Origin: Deltaproteobacteria bacterium
GTDB taxonomy: Bacteria; Desulfobacterota; GWC2-55-46; UBA9637
DNA: 64,000 bases
Assembly: GCA_016219285.1 (NCBI GenBank)
Contig: JACRNJ010000051.1
Span: 5,620-69,619, forward strand
Reading direction: 5' to 3'
In this document: one piece after another, positions 20,346 through 28,852 of the stretch
Position numbering within the stretch: position 1 is the stretch's first letter
How the letters are laid out: each line of letters opens with the position of its first letter
The notes under the pieces: generated by a model
What the model was told of the DNA's origin: nothing
Seen by the model: only the letters and a program-made list of their open reading frames with translations
Database searches by the model: none
Made by a program: the position numbers and the translations under genes

Positions 20346-21179
20346 TTGAGGGTAAAAATCATGAGTAAAAAAAATAAAAGGAAAACATTCACTTCATTTC
20401 AGGCGCTGAATGAAGAGATGCAAAAAAGTTATAACGCAGGGAACCGGCGGTCTCAGTCCAAAGTCGCCACTGCTCCACAGCCCAAAACACAACTGAAAAA
20501 TGGAGGAAAACAAACTATGCCGGCACACACAAATAATAATACCAGCACATGGGATAACTTTCACAATCCATATCATTTTGTACCTGCAAAACAAAGTGGA
20601 AGGATTGATGATTTATGCCTTACTGCCTTTGATGACCGCCAACTCAACCATGTAACCCATGATCTATATGTTGACAACACCCACTCCGGCAGAGTTATCT
20701 GCCGCCTGACTGCGAAGTCCCCATTTTTTGTGGGAGATGAACGAACAAAAGAGGCTTCGGAAGAAGCGCCTGCCGAAGTTTCTAATTTTGAGATTGACGG
20801 GAAACCGGCTATACCGGCGTCATCCTTGAGAGGACTAATCTCCAACATTGCAGAAGCAGCGAGTAATTCGGCGATGAGGGTGATGGAAAACAGGTATTAT
20901 TCATATCGTGTCAATATGAGAAAGGGTTTGGGTTCATTAGGTATGATAATAAAAAATGATGACGGATATTATAGACTCCGACCCCTATCCCTGCCATCTC
21001 TATCATGGAATGATACACGTAACGAGGCAACTGTTGCACCTAAGTATAATAAAATGTTCACAACAGGTTTGCTAAAAGTTTATATAGATGGTTATCGAAA
21101 AAAAACCGAGTACAAATCCTACAGAAATGGAAATAAATCCAGGTTCTTTTCTTGCCGCCCCAAACCTAAAATCTTATAG
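20346..21179 (+). CDS. RAMP protein, N-terminal part (Cas7-like). Probably continuous with the next ORF via a frame change at the A8 run 21098-21105.
   Basis: GKPAIPASSLRGLISN RAMP loop and KGLGSLG G-rich segment. Overlaps the next ORF out of frame by 92 nt. Confidence 0.5.
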   Translation: MRVKIMSKKNKRKTFTSFQALNEEMQKSYNAGNRRSQSKVATAPQPKTQLKNGGKQTMPAHTNNNTSTWDNFHNPYHFVPAKQSGRIDDLCLTAFDDRQLNHVTHDLYVDNTHSGRVICRLTAKSPFFVGDERTKEASEEAPAEVSNFEIDGKPAIPASSLRGLISNIAEAASNSAMRVMENRYYSYRVNMRKGLGSLGMIIKNDDGYYRLRPLSLPSLSWNDTRNEATVAPKYNKMFTTGLLKVYIDGYRKKTEYKSYRNGNKSRFFSCRPKPKIL

Positions 21180-22734
21180 CGCTGATAATAATGAATACTG
21201 GTATATAAAAATTATTCCTTCAGCCGCTTTAACTGGTAATACTATTACCTGCAGAAATCCAAGAATTAAAACGATTACCAGTAGGGACGGCAGAGAAAGT
21301 AAATTTCTTAATGGGCAACTTGCCACCGGTGTGCCGATTAGCGAGGCTGAATATATCAAAAAAGGTAAACCGGCAGGTTATGAACGTGGTATCTTAAAAA
21401 TACTTAACATTAGGGAAAAAGATATTCCGGCCGGCAAATGGCATGAAATATTTTTACTTTATCGGGATGGAATTGAAGATAATCTGCCAACCTTTGAGGC
21501 AACAGATGCCGTAGAACAATTCCATGCTTTAGCCATGGAACGAACCCGTGAAGATGAAAAATTGCCGTTTGAGTTAAAGGGTTCAAACCGAAATTCTAAT
21601 CCATCAAAAGACAATCAAGGGATTGAACTTCGCACGGGCGACATTGTTTTTTTTGAGCCTGATAAAAATGACTATTCTAAAGTGGGAGAAGTCTCAGTAT
21701 CCTCTATCTGGCGGCACAGTGCGGGAGGAACCAGTCATGACTATTTTAATGCAATCTCCCCGGAAACCCTGCCTTTTAATCCAAAACGCAACTCTATCTC
21801 TATTGCCGAGCAGATGTTTGGCTTTGTAGAGCAGGATTTTTCAGAGTATAAATCCCTTATTAAAAATCGCCAGGCAAGGGCACTTGCTGGAAGACTCAGA
21901 TTTTCTCATGCGAAAGAAGGCAAGGATAACGGCTCAAACTGTTATATTGCTCCCATAACGCTTAAAATACTCGACAGCCCAAAGCCGCCCTCACCTGACA
22001 TGTACTTTAAACATAATAGTGGTGCTGGCGGTTATATCAGCAAACAAGAACTATCACCAAAAAAACATCATCCCCATGGACGAAAGTTTTATCTGCATCA
22101 AAAACAGGACGACAAACCATGGGAGACTCTGAAGCCCAACGATCACTGCAAGCAAAAAGTCAAAATAACACCAGTTAAGGACGAGGCTGTTTTTTATTTT
22201 CACATAGATTACGACAATCTTAGTGAACTTGAACTGGGATTATTGCTATATTCTCTCAATCCGTCAGACACCTTCCGGCATAAACTTGGAATGGGGAAGC
22301 CGATCGGACTTGGCACTGTCAAAATAGAGCCTGTGGGTCTGTTTACTGTTAATAGAAAAGACCGCTATTCTAAACAGACTGCAAATCTATTTAATGAGAA
22401 ACGGTATCACAATGCATGGGTGAAGGATGGAACTAATTCATGGCCTCCTATTTATGACCGTGAAAAGACAGAATATGGAGATGGAAGCTTACTCATTAAG
22501 TTAGATTATGAAAAGATTAAGAAAGACTTTGCAGACAAAATGGATAAAGATATACAAAAGGCTCTGGAGATTTTGGGCGACCCGGCAAAAGTAACAATCC
22601 CTGCTGTCCATTATCCGCAACTCAAAGGTAAGGATATAGAAAATGAAAACTTCAGATGGTTCGTAAAAAATGATGACCGTAATAATACGAATAAGCAGTT
22701 TTTAGAGCCGATAAAACTTACTGGTTTAAAATGA
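21088..22734 (+). CDS. Large RAMP protein, C-terminal part, with long insertion (Csm5/Cas5-like capping subunit candidate).
   Basis: C-terminal G-rich loop KLGMGKPIGLGTVKIEPVG typical of RAMPs. In +1 frame relative to the upstream ORF. Confidence 0.5.
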   Translation: MVIEKKPSTNPTEMEINPGSFLAAPNLKSYSADNNEYWYIKIIPSAALTGNTITCRNPRIKTITSRDGRESKFLNGQLATGVPISEAEYIKKGKPAGYERGILKILNIREKDIPAGKWHEIFLLYRDGIEDNLPTFEATDAVEQFHALAMERTREDEKLPFELKGSNRNSNPSKDNQGIELRTGDIVFFEPDKNDYSKVGEVSVSSIWRHSAGGTSHDYFNAISPETLPFNPKRNSISIAEQMFGFVEQDFSEYKSLIKNRQARALAGRLRFSHAKEGKDNGSNCYIAPITLKILDSPKPPSPDMYFKHNSGAGGYISKQELSPKKHHPHGRKFYLHQKQDDKPWETLKPNDHCKQKVKITPVKDEAVFYFHIDYDNLSELELGLLLYSLNPSDTFRHKLGMGKPIGLGTVKIEPVGLFTVNRKDRYSKQTANLFNEKRYHNAWVKDGTNSWPPIYDREKTEYGDGSLLIKLDYEKIKKDFADKMDKDIQKALEILGDPAKVTIPAVHYPQLKGKDIENENFRWFVKNDDRNNTNKQFLEPIKLTGLK

Positions 22735-23540
22735 TTAACATAGAAAAACTCACCTTCTTCCTCGGCGGCCACGACCTCGAAATGCTCACTATTCGTGAGA
22801 TTCTTGAAGAACATGCGCCGGGGCGGTTCTTTGACAAAGGGCTTTCGTGGGGCGCGAAGGCTTCGGATTACAGGAAAGAAATTCAGGAGGTTCTTGCAAA
22901 TGGCAGGGTTCCGGTTCTGGTTGAGTTGACGCTTGACATGGAGATTGATGAAGGGCTGACCATAATCATAGACCATCATGGAGAAAGGGCAGGGTCGGAT
23001 AATCCAACATCTCTCCATCAGATTTTTGACCTCCTGAATCTGCCGCAGGATAAATGGACTCGGTGGTTTGACCTGGTTGCCGCCAATGACCGGGGGTATA
23101 TTCCCGCCATGCTTGAAACAGGCGCTACGCAAGAGGAGATAATAAAGGTTCGGGCAGCGGATCGCGCTGCGCAGGGGATTACGGCGGAGGAAGAGGCTGA
23201 AGGAGAAAAGGCGGCGGCAAACGCAGAGGTCTTTGCCGACGGGATGCTCACATTAGTGTGCCTGCCGCATACACGGACAGCAACTGTTGCCGACCGTCTG
23301 GAGGCATCCCTTGGCGGTCCTGGGTACAAAAACCTCCTGATTATTTCACCGACACAGGTAAATTTCTTCGGAGCCGGAAAACTTATATATGTCCTTGATG
23401 AGGCATTCCCCGGCGGCTGGTATGGCGGGGCGTTGCCGGAGAGGGGCTTTTGGGGTCACGGCAATCCTGTGCCGGATGTAATGCCGTTACTTATGGATAA
23501 GTTATGCTCTTTGACAACCAGAAATATAAATGGGAAGTAA
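22731..23540 (+). CDS. Hypothetical metal-dependent phosphohydrolase-like protein (H-D and D-H-H motifs), translationally coupled to the RAMP gene. Locally high GC.
   Basis: ATGA overlap with the upstream stop. Motifs LGGHDLE and IIIDHHGE. Visibly more GC-rich codons than its neighbours. Confidence 0.35.
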   Translation: MINIEKLTFFLGGHDLEMLTIREILEEHAPGRFFDKGLSWGAKASDYRKEIQEVLANGRVPVLVELTLDMEIDEGLTIIIDHHGERAGSDNPTSLHQIFDLLNLPQDKWTRWFDLVAANDRGYIPAMLETGATQEEIIKVRAADRAAQGITAEEEAEGEKAAANAEVFADGMLTLVCLPHTRTATVADRLEASLGGPGYKNLLIISPTQVNFFGAGKLIYVLDEAFPGGWYGGALPERGFWGHGNPVPDVMPLLMDKLCSLTTRNINGK

Positions 23541-23580
23541 GAAGTAAGAAGTTAAAACTTCCTATTTCCCATTTCCCGTT
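23530..23580. repeat. Left inverted repeat of the four-helix-bundle gene cassette (AAATGGGAAGTAAGAAGTAAGAAG...).
   Basis: Reverse-complement partner at 23960-24010. Confidence 0.5.
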
Positions 23581-23605
23581 TGTCACTTGCTTTACTTGGA
23601 TACAA

Positions 23606-23962
23606 ATGGGAAGTAAAAATGAAGAGCTTGGAAAACGGTTTTATGATTTTGCATTAAGGATTATAAGGCTTGTTAGAAAGTTGCCTAAGGAGATAGCAGC
23701 CAACGAAATAGGCAGGCAATTATTGAGGTCAGGCACCTCAATTGCCGCCAACTATGAAGAAGCCACCGGCGCATTCAGCAGGGAAGATTTTACTTATAAA
23801 CTGAGTATAGCCTTTAAAGAGACCAAAGAAACAACATTGTGGTTAAGGCTTCTACGCGATTCCGGTATAAGTGGCGATGAGATCGGGGATATTATTAAGG
23901 AATCGGAGGAAATCAGAAACATTCTTGGCAAAAGTGTGAAGACTGCAAAAGAAAACAGGTAA
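23606..23962 (+). CDS. Four-helix-bundle protein (family commonly found in 23S rRNA intervening sequences).
   Basis: ~118 aa, FYDFALRIIRL...SIAANYEEATGA...ETKETTLWLRL are typical of this family. Flanked by inverted repeats. Confidence 0.7.
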   Translation: MGSKNEELGKRFYDFALRIIRLVRKLPKEIAANEIGRQLLRSGTSIAANYEEATGAFSREDFTYKLSIAFKETKETTLWLRLLRDSGISGDEIGDIIKESEEIRNILGKSVKTAKENR

Positions 23963-24010
23963 CTCTTTCTACTTCCCATTTCTTACTTTCTACTTCCCAT
24001 TTATCCCTTG
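23960..24010. repeat. Right inverted repeat of the four-helix-bundle cassette (...CTACTTCCCATTTCTTACTTTCTACTTCCCATTT).
   Basis: Reverse complement of the left repeat motif GGGAAGTAAGAAG. Confidence 0.5.
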
Positions 24011-24162
24011 CTCTTTCCCGTAAAATAGCGATTAAAAACCTCGCTATTTTACAAACCTGCGATTTGCCTGCCATACTTCGTTATCGGACAATTTTTACTC
24101 CTCACCGTATCGGTGAACATACGGCTCGTCGTAAAAATTGTCCGCTGCCTCGTCTGGCAGGC

Positions 24163-24269
24163 AACTTGCCCTTGACAGGTGAAACGTCTGTCAAGGACTT
24201 GCCCTTGACTAAACTAAAGTTTTGTCAAGGGCTTGCAGGTTTCCCCAAAAATCAAAGTCTATTTTTGGG
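24163..24269 (+). promoter_or_regulatory. selA upstream region: alternating direct and inverted copies of GCCCTTGACA/TGTCAAGGGC, followed by a hairpin-motif copy (24243-24269).
   Basis: Direct reading of cttgcccttgaca...tgtcaagg...cttgcccttgac...tgtcaagggc. TTGACA is a -35-like box. Confidence 0.4.
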
Positions 24270-24328
24270 TCTTTCCATCAGTTGGCAAAGGGTTGACCTT
24301 CATTTCCCTTCCGTGATAGATTTTATGT

Positions 24329-25693
24329 ATGCAAAAAAACAGCTTAAGGGAACTCCCGTCAGTTGACGAAGTTTTGAGGTCTGATAGACTGCAAAAATGC
24401 GCAGATTTATATTCAATAGGCCTTGTTACGGAGATTGTTAGAGATATTCTTAAGAAAATGAGAGGGAAAATTATTGACGGTCATACTATTGACATTTCTC
24501 CAGAAAAGATAGAAGCGCTTGCCAATAATTATCTTGAAGATATGCTCAAACCATCCCTCAAAAAGGTTGTTAATGCATCTGGCGTAGTCCTGCATACAAA
24601 CCTTGGAAGGGCAATATTATGCAATGAGGCAATTGAGGCAATCAAGATTGCTGCCTGCCATCCAGTGAACCTTGAGCTTAATTTGGAAGAAGGTGAAAGA
24701 GGAAACAGAGACGGTCATTTAGAAGATATATTGTGCCGTCTTACAGGCGCAGAGGCAGCTACAATTGTAAATAACAATGCAGCCGCACTCTTTTTAATAT
24801 TGAATACATTGGCTGAAGCAAAAGAGGTTATTATCTCCAGAGGTGAGCTTGTGGAAATAGGAGGTTCTTTTAGAATCCCTGAGGTGATACAAAAAAGCGG
24901 ATGTAAACTTATAGAGGTTGGCACAACTAACATGACGCATCTATCAGATTATATATCTGCTGTCAATCCAGATACTGCCTTGCTTCTAAAAGCGCATACA
25001 AGCAACTACAGGATAATCGGTTTTACCTCAAATGTAGATTTGAAGGAGGTGGTAAAAATTGGAATGCAGCACAGCATCCCGGTAGTTGAAGATTTAGGAA
25101 GCGGTTCACTGATTGACTTGTCGCAATTTGGCCTTCCCTCTGAACCTCAAGTCAAAAAAAGTATTGAGGCTGGAGCGGATGTGGTTACCTTTAGCGGGGA
25201 TAAACTGCTTGGCGGCCCTCAGGCAGGCATTATTGTTGGAAAAGAGAATTACATCCGTAGGATAAATAAAAACCCTTTAAAGAGGGCATTAAGGGTAGAT
25301 AAACTTACTATTGCGGCTATGGAGGCAACACTTAAGCTTTATCTGAAACCAGATACGTTGCCCGCCAAACTTCCAACTTTGAGATTTTTAACAAGACCTG
25401 TTCCAGAAATAACGTTGATTGCAGAGGAGGCTTCAAGACTTCTTAAACAAAGGCTTGGCAAGGACTACTTTGTGGAGGTTGAGAACGGCGAAAGCAAGAT
25501 AGGAAGCGGTTCGCTGCCCGAAGAGATAATTACTACAAAGGTTGTTTCTATTACACATAAGCAAATACCGTTAAAAAAAATCTTCGATATGTTTTTGAAA
25601 AACAACCCGCCTATTTTGGGCAGAGTGCACAAAGGAAAGTTTTTATTGGATATGCGTATGATAGAAAAGGCTGAAGATGTGGTGATTAAATGA
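24329..25693 (+). CDS. selA: L-seryl-tRNA(Sec) selenium transferase SelA.
   Basis: N-terminus LPSVDEVLRSDRL is the SelA signature. ~454 aa PLP fold. GGPQAGIIVGK motif. Confidence 0.8.
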   Translation: MQKNSLRELPSVDEVLRSDRLQKCADLYSIGLVTEIVRDILKKMRGKIIDGHTIDISPEKIEALANNYLEDMLKPSLKKVVNASGVVLHTNLGRAILCNEAIEAIKIAACHPVNLELNLEEGERGNRDGHLEDILCRLTGAEAATIVNNNAAALFLILNTLAEAKEVIISRGELVEIGGSFRIPEVIQKSGCKLIEVGTTNMTHLSDYISAVNPDTALLLKAHTSNYRIIGFTSNVDLKEVVKIGMQHSIPVVEDLGSGSLIDLSQFGLPSEPQVKKSIEAGADVVTFSGDKLLGGPQAGIIVGKENYIRRINKNPLKRALRVDKLTIAAMEATLKLYLKPDTLPAKLPTLRFLTRPVPEITLIAEEASRLLKQRLGKDYFVEVENGESKIGSGSLPEEIITTKVVSITHKQIPLKKIFDMFLKNNPPILGRVHKGKFLLDMRMIEKAEDVVIK

Positions 25694-25860
25694 TTCACGC
25701 TGAAAATCACCTGCTTCATTTCACTGCTGCCGCCGTTATAGGGATTGGGAGTATGGGCTCACACCCCCATGCCCTCTCACAGTATCGGCGGCAATAACAT
25801 GCAGATATGCATGGGATACCACATCCTGCCAAATAATAATCTCAGCCTTACCATTTGAAA

Positions 25861-25886
25861 ACCGATTACGCCCAAAAATAGACATT
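25861..25886. repeat. Canonical copy of the hairpin motif CCCAAAAATAGACATTGATTTTTGGG.
   Basis: 9 bp stem with 8 nt loop. Dispersed family. Confidence 0.5.
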
Positions 25887-26008
25887 GATTTTTGGGTAAA
25901 CTGGCAAATGATTGAACTTTGATTTCAATTATGCTATATTCCAACATATTGATATAAAAGTAGTAATAATATCGGGCGGCGGGGATTAGACATTTATCCA
26001 AACTCCTG

Positions 26009-26034
26009 CAACAAAATGCAATTGCATTTTGTTG
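26009..26034. promoter_or_regulatory. Perfect 26 bp palindrome CAACAAAATGCAATTGCATTTTGTTG upstream of rpsA. Operator-like.
   Basis: Exact reverse-complement symmetry. A related copy sits at 3362-3386. Confidence 0.35.
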
Positions 26035-26209
26035 GCTAAACCAGATTCTCCAGTTACACCCAGAAAACCATGACCTTCAGACACTGCCATGTAATTCAGA
26101 AAAACCAATGTGTTACACAAAGGCGAAAATCTGCGGTTGCCTGCAATTGATTATCAGACAACCTGTGAGATGGACGTAACATTACAAAAGGCAAAGGGGT
26201 AATTATTTA

Positions 26210-27865
26210 ATGACCGACAACCTATCATCTAAGATTGATACAGAAATATCAACCGGTATCAATAGTGAACAGCTTTATGGAGGAACAATTAAAGAACCTC
26301 ATGCCGGCGAGCTTATAAAGGGGAAAGCAGTATGTATCACAAAGGATGTGGTTATTATTGATATAGGATACAAATCAGAAGGTCATGTGCCCATAAAAGA
26401 ATTTCTTAATGAAAAAGGAAACCCTGAGGTCAAAGTCGGCGATGAGATAGAGGCATTGATAGAAAATACCGATGATGAAAAGGGCTATCTGCTCCTCTCT
26501 AAAGAAAAGGCAGGGCAGATGAGGTTATGGAATGAGATAGAAGACGCATACAAAACCGGCAAGGCAGTAGAAGGAAAGATAGTTCAAAAGATAAAAGCTG
26601 GCTTCAGTGTAGATTTAAATGGTATTATCGCATTTCTTCCAGGCTCCCAATTAGATATATGGCCTGTAAATAATCCTGACCAATTCATAAATAACACATT
26701 CATGTTCAAGGTTTTGCAATATGACCGGCGAAAACCCAACATTGTAGTGTCAAGAAAGGCTGTATTGGAGGAGGAAAGGGAAAGGCATAAACAAGACACG
26801 GCGCAGACACTGGAGGATGGAAAGGTAGTTGATGGCATTGTAAAAAATATTACCAACTATGGCGTCTTTGTTGATTTAGGCGGTATAGATGGGCTTTTAC
26901 ATATTACCGACATCTCATGGGGAAAAACAAAACACCCATCGCAAATTTTTAAGGTCGGCGATAAGATATCTGCTAAAGTTATAAAGTTTAATAAAGAAGA
27001 AAAAAAGGTGGCGCTTGGCTTAAAACAGATGAAACCCAATCCATGGGACACAGCTTCGGAAAAATATAAAGTCGGGATGAAGGTAGCCGGCAAGGTTGTC
27101 AGTATGGTGGATTATGGGGCATTTGTGGAAATTGAACAAGGGTTAGAGGGATTGATACACCTTTCTGAATTGAGTTGGGTAAAGATAAAACATCCATCTC
27201 AGAAGCTTAAAATTGGAGACGAGATAGAGGTAAATGTTTTAGAAATAGATTCCGGAAATAAGAAGCTATCCTTAAGTCTGAAACAGCTTAAACCAAGCCC
27301 CTGGGATGAGATAGCGTTAAAATATCCTAAAGGTATAAAGATTAAAGGCATTGTAAAAAATATTGCAGATTATGGTATCTTTATCGGCATTGAGGAAGGT
27401 GTAGACGGATTAGCGCATATATCAGAGATATCGTGGAAAAAAATTAAACATCCGTCAGAACTTTTCCAAAAGGGGCAGGAGGTGGAGGCTGAAGTTATAA
27501 GCATAGACAAAGATAAGGAAAGGCTTTCCCTCAGCATTAAAAGGCTTCAAAAAGACCCTTGGCAGGAAGTTGAGGAAAGATACCACGCAGGCATGTCTAT
27601 AAACGGCAGAATAACAAATATAGCAAATTTTGGCGCATTTGTAGAACTAGAGGATGGACTTGAGGGTCTTATTCATATATCGGAGTTAACCAGAGGAAGC
27701 AAAAAAGGAGTCAATATAACCGTAGGTGACACCGTAGAGACGGAAGTCTTAAATGTAGACCCTGAAGAAAAAAAGATAGGCCTTGGCTTCAAGGCATTAA
27801 TAAGTAGGGGCAAAAAATCGGAGGAGCAGGATGTCAAGGCGGCGGGTGAAGAGACAACTGCTTAA
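26210..27865 (+). CDS. rpsA: 30S ribosomal protein S1 with six S1 domains.
   Basis: Repeated S1 motifs (G..V.G.V..I...G.FV.L) across 551 aa. Confidence 0.9.
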   Translation: MTDNLSSKIDTEISTGINSEQLYGGTIKEPHAGELIKGKAVCITKDVVIIDIGYKSEGHVPIKEFLNEKGNPEVKVGDEIEALIENTDDEKGYLLLSKEKAGQMRLWNEIEDAYKTGKAVEGKIVQKIKAGFSVDLNGIIAFLPGSQLDIWPVNNPDQFINNTFMFKVLQYDRRKPNIVVSRKAVLEEERERHKQDTAQTLEDGKVVDGIVKNITNYGVFVDLGGIDGLLHITDISWGKTKHPSQIFKVGDKISAKVIKFNKEEKKVALGLKQMKPNPWDTASEKYKVGMKVAGKVVSMVDYGAFVEIEQGLEGLIHLSELSWVKIKHPSQKLKIGDEIEVNVLEIDSGNKKLSLSLKQLKPSPWDEIALKYPKGIKIKGIVKNIADYGIFIGIEEGVDGLAHISEISWKKIKHPSELFQKGQEVEAEVISIDKDKERLSLSIKRLQKDPWQEVEERYHAGMSINGRITNIANFGAFVELEDGLEGLIHISELTRGSKKGVNITVGDTVETEVLNVDPEEKKIGLGFKALISRGKKSEEQDVKAAGEETTA

Positions 27866-27871
27866 GCAATC

Positions 27872-28759
27872 ATGAGTAAAAAATATCTAAAGTGGGTTTT
27901 TGGCATCGCAGGTTTATTGTTTTTCTTTTTTATTATATCCTTTCTATTCCTTGCAGCTATGCCTGGCCACAACAGCCTGTCATTTAGCGATAAGGTGGCT
28001 GTAGTAGAGGTGGACGGAATAATAACCGAACCAGATTCAATAAACCAACAAATTAAGGAGTATGGAGAGCGGGATGATGTAAAGATTATTGTGATAAGGA
28101 TCAATTCACCAGGCGGCGGTGTAGGCCCGTCTCAGGAAATTTATAGAGAGATAAAAAAGGTAAGCGTTAAGAAGAAAGTAGTTGCTTCAATGGGCGCTGT
28201 GGCAGCTTCCGGCGGTTATTATATAGCTGCGGCAGCCGACAAAATAATTGCAAATCCAGGGACAATTACAGGCAGCATTGGCGTTATTATGGAATTTGCT
28301 AATGCCGAAGAGCTTTTTGCCAAGATAGGTTTCAAGGGCTATGTGATAAAGAGCGGAGAGTATAAGGATATCGGCTCCCCTTTCAGGGGCATGAAAGATA
28401 ATGAGAAGAAGCTTTTGCAGGATGTTATAGACGATGTTCATAAACAATTTATTGAAGTTGTGGCTGAAAACAGGAAGCTAAAACTTGATGTGGTAAGAAG
28501 ATTTGCTGACGGCAGGATATTTTCCGGGGCACAGGCCAAAGATATTGGGTTAGTTGATGATATTGGTAATTTTCAGGACGCTATTGATATGGCAGCATCC
28601 ATGGCCAATATCAAAGGGAAACCAATTGTGCTATATCCGGAGAAGAAAGGGATTAGGCTCTGGGACATTATCTTTGGAGATGCAGCCAGTCGGATACTGA
28701 ATGGTTTTAAAAACAGCTACGGATTACAATACCTTGTTTCGTATGGCATAAGTAAATAA
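27872..28759 (+). CDS. sppA: Signal peptide peptidase SppA (36K type).
   Basis: N-terminal TM, ClpP-fold motifs INSPGG and MGAVAASGGYYIA. Confidence 0.8.
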   Translation: MSKKYLKWVFGIAGLLFFFFIISFLFLAAMPGHNSLSFSDKVAVVEVDGIITEPDSINQQIKEYGERDDVKIIVIRINSPGGGVGPSQEIYREIKKVSVKKKVVASMGAVAASGGYYIAAAADKIIANPGTITGSIGVIMEFANAEELFAKIGFKGYVIKSGEYKDIGSPFRGMKDNEKKLLQDVIDDVHKQFIEVVAENRKLKLDVVRRFADGRIFSGAQAKDIGLVDDIGNFQDAIDMAASMANIKGKPIVLYPEKKGIRLWDIIFGDAASRILNGFKNSYGLQYLVSYGISK

Positions 28760-28852
28760 ATTAGTGCGGAGGGAAAAGCAGAAACACGGATATACCCTGC
28801 TTTTCCTTACTTCTCCAATCCCATATCCCAATTTTTACAGGAGGTTTTAAAA

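Noticed and set aside
23018-23329. 103 aa - strand ORF inside the high-GC phosphohydrolase-like gene.
   Set aside because: High GC generates long antisense ORFs. Ala/Arg/Ser-rich with no motifs.
23527-24010. Repeated GGGAAGTAAG units, considered as a possible mini CRISPR array.
   Set aside because: Only 2+2 copies in inverted orientation flanking one gene, with no regular spacing. Interpreted as cassette inverted repeats.
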